Below, piece by piece: positions 13,501 through 26,170 of a DNA stretch of 64,000 nucleotides. Location: the NCBI GenBank assembly GCA_964035545.1, contig OZ037772.1, positions 12,956,818 to 13,020,817 on the forward strand, read 5' to 3'. Every line of letters starts with the position of its first letter. The first letter of the stretch is position 1. This stretch comes from Bugula neritina. Its lineage: Eukaryota; Animalia; Bryozoa. Both the position numbers and the translations under genes were made by a program. The notes beneath the pieces were generated by a model. It was given only the letters and a program-made list of their open reading frames with translations. It was not told the DNA's origin and made no database searches.

Positions 13501-16500
13501 CTGTGAGAGTAAGTATTCAACTAATTCAGTTTCAGTCATATAATATGGTAAAATGTAATACAATATAATATAATGTAAAATTATACATAATTTACTTTAA
13601 TGAATGTTACTTTATGACATAATATATTATAACAAGATATAAAATGATATATTATAAAATGATACAATATATTACGTATAGTAATACACAGTATAGTAAT
13701 ATACAGTATAGTAATACACAGTATAGTAATATACAGTATAGTAATACGCAGTATAGTATACACAGTATAGTAATACACAGTACAGTAATACACAGTACAG
13801 TAATACACAGTATAGTAATACACAGTATAGTAATACACAGTATAGTAATATACAGTATAGTAATACGCAGTATAGTAATACGCAGTATAGTAATACACAG
13901 TATAGTAATACGCAGTATAGTATACACAGTATAGTAATATACAGTATAGTAATACGCAGTATAGTAATACACAGTATAGTAATACACAGTACAGTAATAC
14001 ACAGTACAGTAATACACAGTACAGTAATACACAGTACAGTAATACACAGTATAGTAATACACAGTATAGTAATACACAGTATAGTAATACACGGTACAGT
14101 AATACACAGTATAGTATACACAGTATAGTATATAATACACAGTATAGTAATACACAGTATAGTAATACGCAGTATAGTAACACGCAGTATAGTAATACAC
14201 AGTATAGTAATACACAGTATAGTAGTACACAGTATAGTAATACACAGTATAGTATACACAGTATAGTAATACACAGTATAGTAATACACAGTATAGTATA
14301 TAATACACAGTATAGTAATACACAGTATAGTAATACGCAGTATAGTAACACGCAGTATAGTAACACACAGTATAGTAATACACAGTATAGTGATACACAG
14401 TATATAGTAATACACAGTATAGTAGTACACAGTATAGTATACGCAGTATAGTAACACACAGTATAGTAACACACAGTATATAGTAATACACAGTATAGTA
14501 ATACACAGTATAGTAGTACACAGTATAGTAATACACAGTATAGTAATACACAGTATAGTAACACACAGTATAGTAACACACAGTATAGTAATACACAGTA
14601 TAGTGATACACAGTATATAGTAATACACAGTATAGTAGTACACAGTATAGTATACGCAGTATAGTAACACACAGTATAGTAACACACAGTATATAGTAAT
14701 ACACAGTATAGTAATACACAGTATAGTTTATACAGTATAGTAATACACAGTATAGTAATACACAGTATAGTAATACACAGTATAGTAATACACAGTATAG
14801 TATACACAGTATAGTAATACACAGTATAGTAATACACAGTATAGTAATACACAGTATATAGTAATACACAGTATAGTATACACAGTATAGTAATACACAG
14901 TATAGTAATACACAGTATATAGTATACACAGTATAGTAACACACAGTATAGTAACACACAGTATAGTAATACACAGTATATAGTAATACACAGTATATAG
15001 TAATACACAGTATAGTAATACACAGTATAGTAATACACAGTATAGTAATACACAGTATAGTAATACACAGTATAGTATACACAGTATAGTAATACACAGT
15101 ATAGTATACACAGTATAGCATATACAGTATAGTAGTACACAGTATAGTAATACACAGTATAGTAATACACAGTATAGTAATACACAGTATAGTATACACA
15201 GTATAGTAATACACAGTATAGTAATACACAGTACAGTAATACACAGTATAGTAATACACAGTATAGTAATACACAGTATAGTAATATACAGTATAGTAAT
15301 ACACAGTATAGTAATACACAGTATAGTAATACACAGTGTAGTATACACAGTATAGTAATACACAGTATAGTAATACACAGTATAGTATACACAGTATAGT
15401 AACACACAGTATAGTAATACACAGTATAGTAATACACAGTATATAGTAATACACAGTATATAGTAATACACAGTATAGTAATACACAGTATAGTAATACA
15501 CAGTATAGTAATACACAGTATAGTAATACACAGTATAGTATACACAGTATAGTAATACACAGTATAGTATACACAGTATAGTATATACAGTATAGTAGTA
15601 CACAGTATAGTAATACACAGTATAGTAATACACAGTATAGTAATACACAGTATAGTATACACAGTATAGTAATACACAGTATAGTAATACACAGTACAGT
15701 AATACACAGTATAGTAATACACAGTATAGTAATACACAGTATAGTAATATACAGTATAGTAATACACAGTATAGTAATACACAGTATAGTAATACACAGT
15801 GTAGTATACACAGTATAGTAATACACAGTATAGTAATACACAGTATAGTATATACAGTATAGTAACACACAGTATAGTAATACACAGTATAGTAATACAC
15901 AGTATAGTATATACAGTATAGTAATACACAGTATAGTAATACACAGTATAGTAATACACAGTATAGTAATACACAGTATAGTATATACAGTATAGTAACA
16001 CACAGTATAGTAATACACAGTATAGTAATACACAGTATAGTATACACAGTATAGTAATACACAGTATAGTAATACACAGTATAGTAATACACAGTATAGT
16101 AATACACAGTATAGTAATACACAGTATAGTAATACACAGTATAGTAATACACAGTATAGTAATACACAGTATAGTAATACACAGTATAGTATACACAGTA
16201 TAGTAATACACAGTATAGTAATACACAGTACAGTAATACACAGTATAGTAATACACAGTATAGTAATACACAGTATAGTAATATACAGTATAGTAATACA
16301 CAGTATAGTAATACACAGTGTAGTAATACAGTATATAGTAATACACAGTATAGTAATACACAGTATAGTAATATACAGTATAGTAATATACAGTATAGTA
16401 ACACACAGTATAGTAATACACAGTATAGTAATACACAGTATAGTATATACAGTATAGTAACACACAGTATAGTAATACACAGTATAGTAATACACAGTAT

Positions 16501-18398
16501 AGTATACACAGTATAGTAACACACAGTATAGTAATACACAGTATAGTATATACAGTATAGTAATACACAGTATAGTAATACACAGTATAGTAATACACAG
16601 TATAGTAATACACAGTATAGTAATACACAGTATAGTAATACACAGTATAGTATATACAGTATAGTAATACACAGTATAGTAATACACAGTATAGTAATAC
16701 ACAGTATAGTAATACACAGTATAGTAATACACAGTATAGTAATACACAGTATAGTAATACACAGTATAGTAATACACAGTATAGTATACACAGTATAGTA
16801 ACACACAGTATAGTTATACACAGTATATAGTAATACACAGTATAGTAATACACAGTATAGTAATACACAGTATAGTATACACAGTATAGTAATACACAGT
16901 ATAGTAATACACAGTACAGTAATACACAGTACTTCCTGTCAACTGCAGATATAGATGAGTGTGCAGATTCCTCTCTCAACTTCTGTCACAACGACTCTGT
17001 GTGTATCGACAACACCGGGAGCTACTCATGCAGGTGTAAGCCTGGGTTCCAGGGCAATGGATTCAACTGCTCAGGTAAACCAGAACTCATACTAACTTCT
17101 TGTAGCAGTGCCAAGTCACCGTGTGAGTGTGACTGCTGCCGGTATATGCTGCCGGTATATGCTGCCGGTATATGCTGCCGGTATATGCTATAGTATTACG
17201 TGATGAGCTGCCAGGGATTACTCATATATTACTTAGTAATTGTCTGCTCTGCTTCAGATATTGATGAGTGTGCAGACGACTCCGAGAGTCCGTGTGACGT
17301 CAGAGCTAGCTGCGTAAACACACCCGGTAGCTTCCATTGTGACTGTAACCACGGCTACACAGGAAATGGGACGTGGTGCACAGACATTGACGAGTGCCGG
17401 GAGCTGCTAGACGACTGTGACCCTAATTATGGTGTCTGCACCAACACCGATGGCGGCCATTTGTGTACCTGTATCCGTGGTTACACTGGAGAATTCAACT
17501 GCACAGGCTCGTATTCTATCTGCTGCTCGTCAAATTATAATTTTAAAAATATTTCAATTTATGAACAATTGTCTTATTTTATGACAACTCCCTTTGACTC
17601 TGCAGAGGTTGGGCCAAGTAAGGGTGTACTGAAGGAGCAGGAGAAATATCTGGTGGACTCGGCAGCGCTGTTTGAGATGTACGCCTTAGAGGCTGAGAGA
17701 CAGTCCCTAGATACACAGCATGAGAATCTGTTGAGGAAGTGTGCTCTGGTTGCTAGGAAACCAACTAGAGGGAAGAGAGCGGTACGTGTCACTTCCTGTT
17801 ACCTGTAACTACGTGTCACTTCCTGTTACTACTAAGTAGGAGTTTGTGTACTTGTAGACTGTGTTCTATACATACCATATATTATACTGTAGACTGTGTT
17901 CTATACATACCATATATCATACTGTAGACTGTGTTCTATACATACCATATATCATACTGTAGACTGTGTTCTATACATACCATATGTTATACTGTAGACT
18001 GTGTTCTATACATACCATATATTATACTGTAGACTGTGTTCTATACATACCATATATCATACAGTAGACTGTGTTCTATACATACCATATATCATACAGT
18101 AGACTGAGTTCTATACATACCATATATCATACTGTGGACTGTGTTCTATACATACCATATATTATAGCCTACTGTAGATTGTGTTCTATACATACCATAT
18201 ATTATACTGTAGACTGTGTTCTACCAATGAGCATCAACTGAAAGTTGATCACCTACTATAACCTACTTTTAGATTATATCTGGGTCAAAGGTCACCATAG
18301 ACAGGAAACACGTGGCTATCCTATCTCAAGCGATCAAAGTTGCTATCAGAAAGCTTAAGGCTGATGTGGCAGCAACCAAAATAGCTTGTGGACTCTAG
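6897..18398 (+). CDS. Hemicentin/VWA7-type VWA domain + beta-sandwich region + 7 EGF-like (6 cbEGF) + furin-site C-terminal module; about 845 aa, probably secreted
   Basis: Exons 6897-7049, 7606-7699, 7892-7962, 8108-8266, 8683-8805, 9178-9430, 9577-9714, 9813-9899, 10515-10693, 10966-11041, 11976-12122, 12593-12715, 12973-13107, 13386-13508, 16949-17074, 17258-17506, 17606-17781, 18273-18398 sum to 2538 nt in frame. Motifs SLVFVFDTTGSM (MIDAS DxTxS), LVPFNDP, GGGDCPEMAIGGI, IYVFTDA and VTFVMTGDCG are typical of the hemicentin-1 N-terminal VWA domain. Likely 5' UTR exon donor at 6459/6460. Confidence 0.88.
7087..7375. repeat. 14-bp minisatellite TGCTGGTCA(T/C)GTGA, about 20 copies
   Basis: Visible tandem array in the first coding intron of the VWA gene. 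Confidence 0.95.
9893..10402 (+). repeat. 23-27-bp tandem repeat TTCTG|GTAAGTCTCT(CT)nAGACTCAG built from the exon 8 donor junction, about 20 copies
   Basis: The unit starts with the last exon bases (TTCTG) plus the real donor GTAAGT at 9900. Confidence 0.95.
10422..10510. repeat. (TA)n microsatellite abutting a splice acceptor
   Basis: About 45 TA units, then CCAG|GC at 10511-10516. Confidence 0.98.
11037..11193 (+). repeat. 24-bp donor-junction tandem repeat TACAG|GTAGGCGTGTCTTATCACG
   Basis: About 6.5 copies, starting at the real donor 11041/11042. Confidence 0.95.
13678..16931. repeat. 3.25-kb intronic satellite, 15-bp unit CAGTATAGTAATACA with 13- and 17-bp variants
   Basis: Visible array filling the intron between EGF exons 13386-13508 and 16949-17074. 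Confidence 0.98.
17852..18223. repeat. 35-bp minisatellite ACTGTAGACTGTGTTCTATACATACCATATATTAT, about 10 copies
   Basis: Visible array in the last intron of the VWA gene. Confidence 0.95.
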
Positions 18399-20109
18399 TA
18401 AAACTTGCAGAAAAGTTGGAGAACCCAACATGCTATATTTAGATTCCATGGTTATGAATATTGCGATATGATGTACTATTTCTTGCTTTATTATATAAAC
18501 ATGAGCGCTTTAGTTTTCAAATTGTCATTCTGAATTTGTTCCTTTTCTGTGCCTCTGATGATGGTCTGTGTTACTAGTCGGTAGACCTGAAGGGTTGGTT
18601 TAGTAAAATATTCAACTTTTTTACTGCTTCTGGTATTTAGAGGGAATCAAATAAGACTTCATATAAAATGTCAATCCGTTATTTCATCACTAAGAAATCT
18701 TGTCCTGTGCTCTAATATATGGACAAGTTGTATCTTGATGTCATCCACTAATTATGCAGGTATCTAAGTCTAAGCCAACAACCGCAAGTGAATAAAAATA
18801 CATAAGTCAAAAGTTACATAGCTGTATAAGAATTATTCATGAGACTTACTGCCCCACTACTAACTGCTGCCTGTAGATGCGCGCTGCTAATGATCTTACA
18901 TCATTACCTCCATCCCTAAAGCATTAGCTCCGCCCCTGAGGTGGACTGCATACTACTCTATTCAAAGTGTGAGGTTAGCCGGTTATTATCTTTCGTATGT
19001 CTAAATTTTTAGTAGTGTGTTGGAAATTTTTGCATCTGTATCAGCCCTGATTAAAAGTAGACTTAATTTCTGTCAACATAAAACATATAGCCAGAAGAAT
19101 ATAAGCTCAGTAGAAGTGAAAATATATGCATCTTCTCCACAATTGAACATCAATTTGTTTGACTTTGGAGTTGTTTAACCATTTCTTGAACATTATACAA
19201 ACTTCCTTCCATCTAAAATCTGAACTAACAGCTTTTAATAGCTTTTGTTATTTTGTCAATCTATTGCTAAATGTGTGAAAACCTCTTATTAAATAATATA
19301 AATTTACATAGACATACATGTATGCTTGCTTGCAGTAAAAAAACGAAGTCTGGCTTTTAATTTAGACTTTAGACTAGGCATTGTGTTTTGTAATATAATA
19401 TGTATGATTTATTGTCATTCCTGGCACCAGCTACAGTATGAATAGGTTACCACCACTATTATATATGATCTGCATGCATAATCTACATAGTATGTCTAGT
19501 AGAGTGAGTACCAGCTAGATTTCTATCTCCTGATTTTATCAACACGCAAGGCCATCACTCCCATATCTATTAGGAGGTGCATGTTCAAGTCACTAATATT
19601 GTCTGTTAACAGCTGTCTCCCCATGCATTCAACTGGCTGCCTTCTGCAGCAGCTTTGTGCATAGCAAGGCTAGTGAATGTGTGGAAGCAGAATCTCTCAG
19701 TTATAACATATGCACATTATTCAGAGTAAACAGTAAAGAGCTGTATATGCTACATCAGCAAGATAGCTTTCAGCAGTTGAAAAAGCTAAGAGTAAAGCTG
19801 TGCATACAACCAGTAGTGCTGTTTCACTGCTAGACTAAAAGATGGTAAACTGACTGGAGCAGTAGAGTGTTAGCTTAGCTGGAGAGTAACCTACTTGTAT
19901 CTTGTAACCCTTGGAATATAAATCGATTGACTGCAGTAACATTAAGATTTATATGAACTGCAAGTGCAGCCTTCTTAATGTTTATTATACTAGTTACTAT
20001 TCATCTGTCTGAACTACAACAGCGTCCTACTGCTTTTAGTTGTTGTGACCTTCACCTTGTTCTGAACTCAGCATACGCAAAATCCGGACAACTTCACCTT
20101 GAGATTTGG

Positions 20110-22460
20110 ATATTTACTATACTAAGGTGTGTATATTTACTATACTAAGGTGTGTATATTTACTATACTAAGGTGTGAATATTTATTATACTAAGGTGTG
20201 TATATTTACTATACTAAGGTGTGTATATTTACTATACTAAGGTGTGTATATTTACTATACTAAGGTGTGTATATTTACTATACTAAGGTGTGTATATTTA
20301 CTATACTAAGATGTATATATTTACTTTACTAAGATGTGTATATTTACTATACTAAGGTGTGTATATTTACTATACTAAGGTGTGTATATTTACTATACTA
20401 AGATGTATATATTTACTTTACTAAGATGTGTATATTTACTATACTAAGGTGTGTATATTTAATATACTAAGGTGTGTATATTTACTATACTAAGGTGTGT
20501 ATATTTACTATACTAAGATGTGCATATTTACTATACTAAGATGTGTATATTAACTATACTAAGGTGTATATATTTACTATACTAAGGTGTGTATATTTAC
20601 TATACTAAGGTGTGTATATTTACTATACTAAGGTGTGTATATTTACTATACTAAGGTGTGTATATTTACTATACTAAGGTGTGTATATTTACTATACTAA
20701 GGTGTGTATATTTACTATACTAAGGTGTGTATATTTACTATACTTAGGTGTGTATATTTACTATACTAAGGTGTGTATATTTACTATACTAAGGTGTGTA
20801 TATTTACTATACTAAGATGTATATATTTACTTTACTAAGATGTGTATATTTACTATACTAAGGTGTGTATATTTACTATACTAAGGTGTGTATATTTACT
20901 ATACTAAGGTGTGTATATTTACTATACTAAGGTGTGTATATTTACTATACTAAGACGTGTATATTTACTGTACTAAGGTGTGTATATTTACTATACTAAG
21001 GTGTGTGTATTTACTGTACTAAGGGGTGTATATTTACTATACTAAGGTGTGTATATTTACTATACTAAGGTGTGTATATTTACTGTACTAAGGTGTATAT
21101 ATTTACTATACTAAGATGTGTATATTTACTATACTAAGGTGTATATATTTACTATACTAAGATGTGTATATTTACTATACTAAGGTGTGTATATTTACTA
21201 TACTAAGATGTGCATATTTACTATACTAAGATGTGTATATTTACTATACTAAGATGTATATATTTACTATACTAAGGTGTGTATATTTACTATACTAAGG
21301 TGTGTATATTTACTATACTAAGATGTGTATATTTACTATACTAAGGTGTGTATATTTACTATACTAAGATGTGTATATTTACTATACTAAGGTGTGTATA
21401 TTTACTATACTAAGGTGTGTATATCTACTATACTAAGGTGTGTATATTTACTATACTAAGGTGTGTATATTTACTGTACTAAGGTGTGTATATTTACTAT
21501 ACTAAGGTGTGTATATTTACTATACTAAGGTGTGTGTATTTACTATACTAAGGTGTGTATATTTACTCTACTAAGATGTGTATGTTTACTATACTAAGAT
21601 GTGTATATTTACTATACTAAGGTGTGTATATTTACTATACTAAGGTGTGTATATTTACTATACTAAGGTGTGTATATTTACTGTACTAAGGTGTATATAT
21701 TTACTATACTAAGATGTGTATATTTACTATACTAAGGTGTATATATTTACTATACTAAGGTGTGTATATTTACTGTACTAAGGTGTGTATATTTACTATA
21801 CTAAGATGTATATATTTACTATACTAAGGTGTGTATATTTACTATACTAAGGTGTGTATATTTACTATACTAAGATGTGTATATTTACTATACTAAGGTG
21901 TGTATATTTACTATACTAAGATGTGTATATTTACTATACTAAGGTGTGTATATTTACTATACTAAGGTGTGTATATCTACTATACTAAGGTGTGTATATT
22001 TACTATACTAAGGTGTGTATATTTACTGTACTAAGGTGTGTATATTTACTATACTAAGGTGTGTATATTTACTATACTAAGGTGTGTGTATTTACTATAC
22101 TAAGGTGTGTATATTTACTCTACTAAGATGTGTATGTTTACTATACTAAGATGTGTATATTTACTATACTAAGGTGTGTATATTTACTATACTAAGGTGT
22201 GTATATTTACTATACTAAGGTGTGTATATTTACTATACTAAGGTGTGTATATTTACTATACTAAGGTGTGTATATTTACTATACTAAGATGGATATATTT
22301 ACTATACTAAGGTGTGTATATTTACTATACTAAGATGTGTATATTTACTATACTAAGGTGTGTATATTTACTATACTAAGATGTGTATATTTACTATACT
22401 AAGATGTGTATATTTACTATACTAAGGTGTGTATATTTACTATACTAAGGTGTGTATATC
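20110..22460. repeat. 23-bp satellite TATATTTACTATACTAAGGTGTG, about 100 copies
   Basis: Visible array; contains a higher-order 552-bp duplication. Confidence 0.98.
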
Positions 22461-23124
22461 TATTATATTATAAGCTTATTTTATATTGATGTCAGTTGAG
22501 TTTTTAATGTTTATAATAATTATTATATAGTGGAGGAACCGATTTCTTGGATGCAATAACTAGAGGGTTTAGTCAGTAACAACTTAACCTTCAAAGGAAG
22601 CATATCTGGAGCTCAACTAAAAGATGCATATTGATCCTAATCAGCATCTTTGAGGCGCTTTATTAATTTGGTCTAAAAGCAGAAATATTTCTATATAAAC
22701 TACATTCATGTTAAATGTCATCTAGCTGTCTTGTAAATAACTATGCAATGTTAGTGCTGGTCTTTTCTCATCACCTCCATTCAGTAATAGTAGAGTACCA
22801 CTGTTATTAGCTAGTGACGCTCTTGCATGTTGGAGATGCTGTAGATATTCTGGTCAGTTTCTGCTTGAATCAGTGTTTCATTATATAATTAATAAACTTA
22901 CTTTCAGAGAACTAAAACATATTGCATTAGAATGTGAATGCAAAGTTTTCATTCTAGTGTATAGTTGTTAGTGTTATTGGGTAGCTTGTTCACCAGTTTG
23001 TGTTGAGTGGATAACTCCATAGCAGGGAGCAGCCATTAGCAATATTTGCAGCAACAAATTATAATAGCAAAAATTAAATTTGTATATTTGTATTTGTATT
23101 TATATTTGTAATTTGTTATTTGTA

Positions 23125-23600
23125 TACTCAAAGCTTTTGTTAATTACCCAAAGCTTTATTTAATTACAAAAAGCTTTTTTAATTACTGCAAGCTTTATTT
23201 AATAACTCAAAGCTTTATTTAGTTACCCAAAGCTTTATTTAATTACTTGAAGCTTTATTTAATTATTCAAAGCTTTATTTAATTACCCAAAGCTTTTTTT
23301 AATTACTCAAAGCTTTTTTTAATTACCCAAAGCTTTATTTAATTACTCAAAGCTTTATTTAATTACTTTAAGCTTTATTTAATTACTCAAAGCTTTATTT
23401 AATTACTCAAAGCTTTATTTAATTACCCAAAGCTTTTTTAATTACTCAAAGCTTTTTTTAATTACCCAAAGCTTTATTTAATTACTCAGCTTTATTTAAT
23501 TACCCAAAGCTTTTAATTACTCAAAGCTTTATTTAATTAACCAGAGCTTTTTTCATTTTTTCACAGCTTTATTTAATTATCCTGAGCTTTATTTAATTAC
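23125..23600. repeat. 20-bp minisatellite AATTACTCAAAGCTTTATTT
   Basis: Visible degenerate array of about 24 copies. Confidence 0.95.
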
Positions 23601-24374
23601 CTCAAAAGTGGAAGAGATTTTATAATAATAAGTGTAAACTTGGGAGGAACTACCTGCCAGTCCAATTTTGGAGGCTAATTTAAGCCAAATATATTTTTTC
23701 ATAGCCTGCATTATTCCTAACCTCTTAATAATTTAAATAACTTTGTTGTGATCTATGTTCACCATATGTAACAGATTTCAACATAAACCATTAATTATAC
23801 AAAAAATTCATCAACATAATTAATATCAAATAGCTATAATGCATATAATGTAAAAAACATTATAGTATCAACAAGGTGATGAGATAATCAAATATATTTA
23901 GCACAGTGTCTTCTGTAGTTAAAAAACTTTCCCACAAATTTCTACAATCTTCAGGATAAGATTTCTCATCAGGTTCATTGAATTTGCTCTTCAAATCTAT
24001 AATCCCATGTGCTTGGTTTACATCCGTGTGCCACAAAAATGAGGTCTTGGATTGTTGGTAATGTACATTCAAATGTATGATGGAAATGGAGCAGCCTAAG
24101 AGAGAGACATCTTTGAGACATATTAGACATCATTGTTTTCATAGGAAGTCACGGGTCATTTGAAGTTCCAATCTGTTATATTTAGACAGTCTAAAAAATA
24201 ATATACACTATACTTTTACAGCATACTCACTATTATACTATCAAGGATTACAACTCACTATTTACTATTACTACTAATTATTATACTATTTACTATGACT
24301 ACTCGCTAATATACTATTACTATTACTACTAACTATTGTACTATTACTACTTGCTGTTAAACTATATACTATTA

Positions 24375-24670
24375 CTACTCACTAGTATACTCTACTATTA
24401 CTACGCACTAATATATTCTACTATTACTACTAACTAGTATACTCTACTCTTACTACTCACTAGTATACTCTACTCTTACTACTCACTAGTATACTCTACT
24501 CTTACTACTCACTAGTATACTCTACTCTTACTACTCACTAGTATACTCTACTCTTACTACTCACTAGTATACTCTACTCTTACTACTCACTAAAATACTA
24601 TTACTACTCACTAATATACTCTACTATTACTACTCACTAATATACTATTTACTATTACTACTCACTATTA
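24375..24670. repeat. 26-bp minisatellite ACTAGTATACTCTACTCTTACTACTC with degenerate flanks
   Basis: Visible tandem units. Confidence 0.9.
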
Positions 24671-25496
24671 CAGTCAAAAGGTGGGATACCTGTGGTAGGT
24701 GAAATGTCTTCCCCAGAGGTAATGGTAAGAAAAGATCTGCTATTATACTGACTTCAAACAGACACAGAAGGATCTGCTGAGCCATTATACTTCCATCTAC
24801 ACTACAATAACAATAGCTGAGAATTTAGCTTTGCTTACAAAAGAGGAAAGCTTTCAAATTCAGTGCAGAGCTAAACTGCAAAAAGTTGCAGCAGCATATA
24901 TATCATAATTGATGAGTTCACACTGCTGAGAATATATTGAATTATGTAACTTGTTTTCTATTGACAGGGTAAAATTGAAAGAGTAACCAACAGGTACAAT
25001 TGTGCAGATAAATCCCAACATAGAAAATACAATAACCAGTTAAATCAATGGATACAGCAATGAGAATATTTCTTACTAAATTCTCCTTAGTTGAGATCTG
25101 GAGGTCTGCAACTCATGGTATTTGTACACTGACTGTGTCTTCAATCTGAATAATGTAGTTAGTGTTGTTCATCACTCACTCTACAACAGAAAAGCTTGTG
25201 TACACCTCACCCTATAACTTCTTAACAAAATACGAACACATCTATCATATATTACCTGCCAAAAAGTGACATATTACTGCTGAATTACTATTTCATTAAA
25301 TACTTCAAACATTTCCAATATATATTATGATTGAGGAAAACATTTGCAGCTTTTAATATGGAATGCAAATAGAATTGAAAATTAACTCAAAAAAATAATG
25401 CAAAAATAAAAAAATTTTCTGTCAAAATCTAGATTTGGGAAAATATAAGATAAGGCTTATGAACCCTGGGTCTGAAAACTAAAAGTTGTCAATATG

Positions 25497-26170
25497 GTCA
25501 GTTATATATGTAGTAAGAGTCAGTTATATATGTAGTAAGAGTCAGCTATATATGTAGTAAGAGTCAGCTATATATATAGTAAGAGTCAGCTATATATATA
25601 GTAAGAGTCAGCTATATATGTAGTAAGAGTCAGCTATATATGTAGTAAGAGTCAGCTATATATGTAGTAAGAGTCAGCCATATATGTAGTAAGAGTCAGC
25701 TATATATGTAGTAAGAGCCAGCTATATATGTAGTAAGAGTCAGCTATATATGTAGTAAGAGTCAGCTATATATGTAGTAAGAGTCAGCCATATATGTAGT
25801 AAGAGTCAGCTATATATGTAGTAAGAGTCAGCCATATATGTAGTAAGAGTCAGCTATATATGTAGTAAGAGTCAGCTATATATGTGGTAAGAGTCAGCTA
25901 TATATGTAGTAAGAGTCAGCTATATATGTAGTAAGAGTCAGCTATATATGTAATAAGAGTCAGCTATATATATAGTAAGAGTCAGCTATATATATAGTAA
26001 GAGTCAGCTATATATGTAGTAAGAGTCAGCCATATATGTAGTAAGAGTCAGCTATATATGTAGTAAGAGCCAGCTATATATGTAGTAAGAGTCAGGTATA
26101 TATGTAGTAAGAGTCAGGTATATATGTAGTAAGAGTCAGCTATATATATAGTAAGAGTCAGCTATATATG
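25497..26170. repeat. 22-bp minisatellite AGAGTCAGCTATATATGTAGTA, about 30 copies
   Basis: Visible tandem units. Confidence 0.97.

Noticed and set aside
13581-16979. 1132-, 1050-, 697- and 337-aa minus-strand ORFs (CVLLY/YYYTV/CITIL repeats)
   Set aside because: Translations of a 15-bp satellite that lacks stops in all three minus frames. The array lies in an intron of the plus-strand gene and its indels shift frame freely.
269-18398. A single fibrillin or hemicentin gene spanning the region
   Set aside because: A stop at 5671 and a new ATG with a signal-like N-terminus at 6897 show two genes; no TB domains or Ig arrays are present.
23860-24072. 70-aa minus-strand ORF
   Set aside because: No ATG start, no clear splice sites linking it to other exons, and no recognisable motif.
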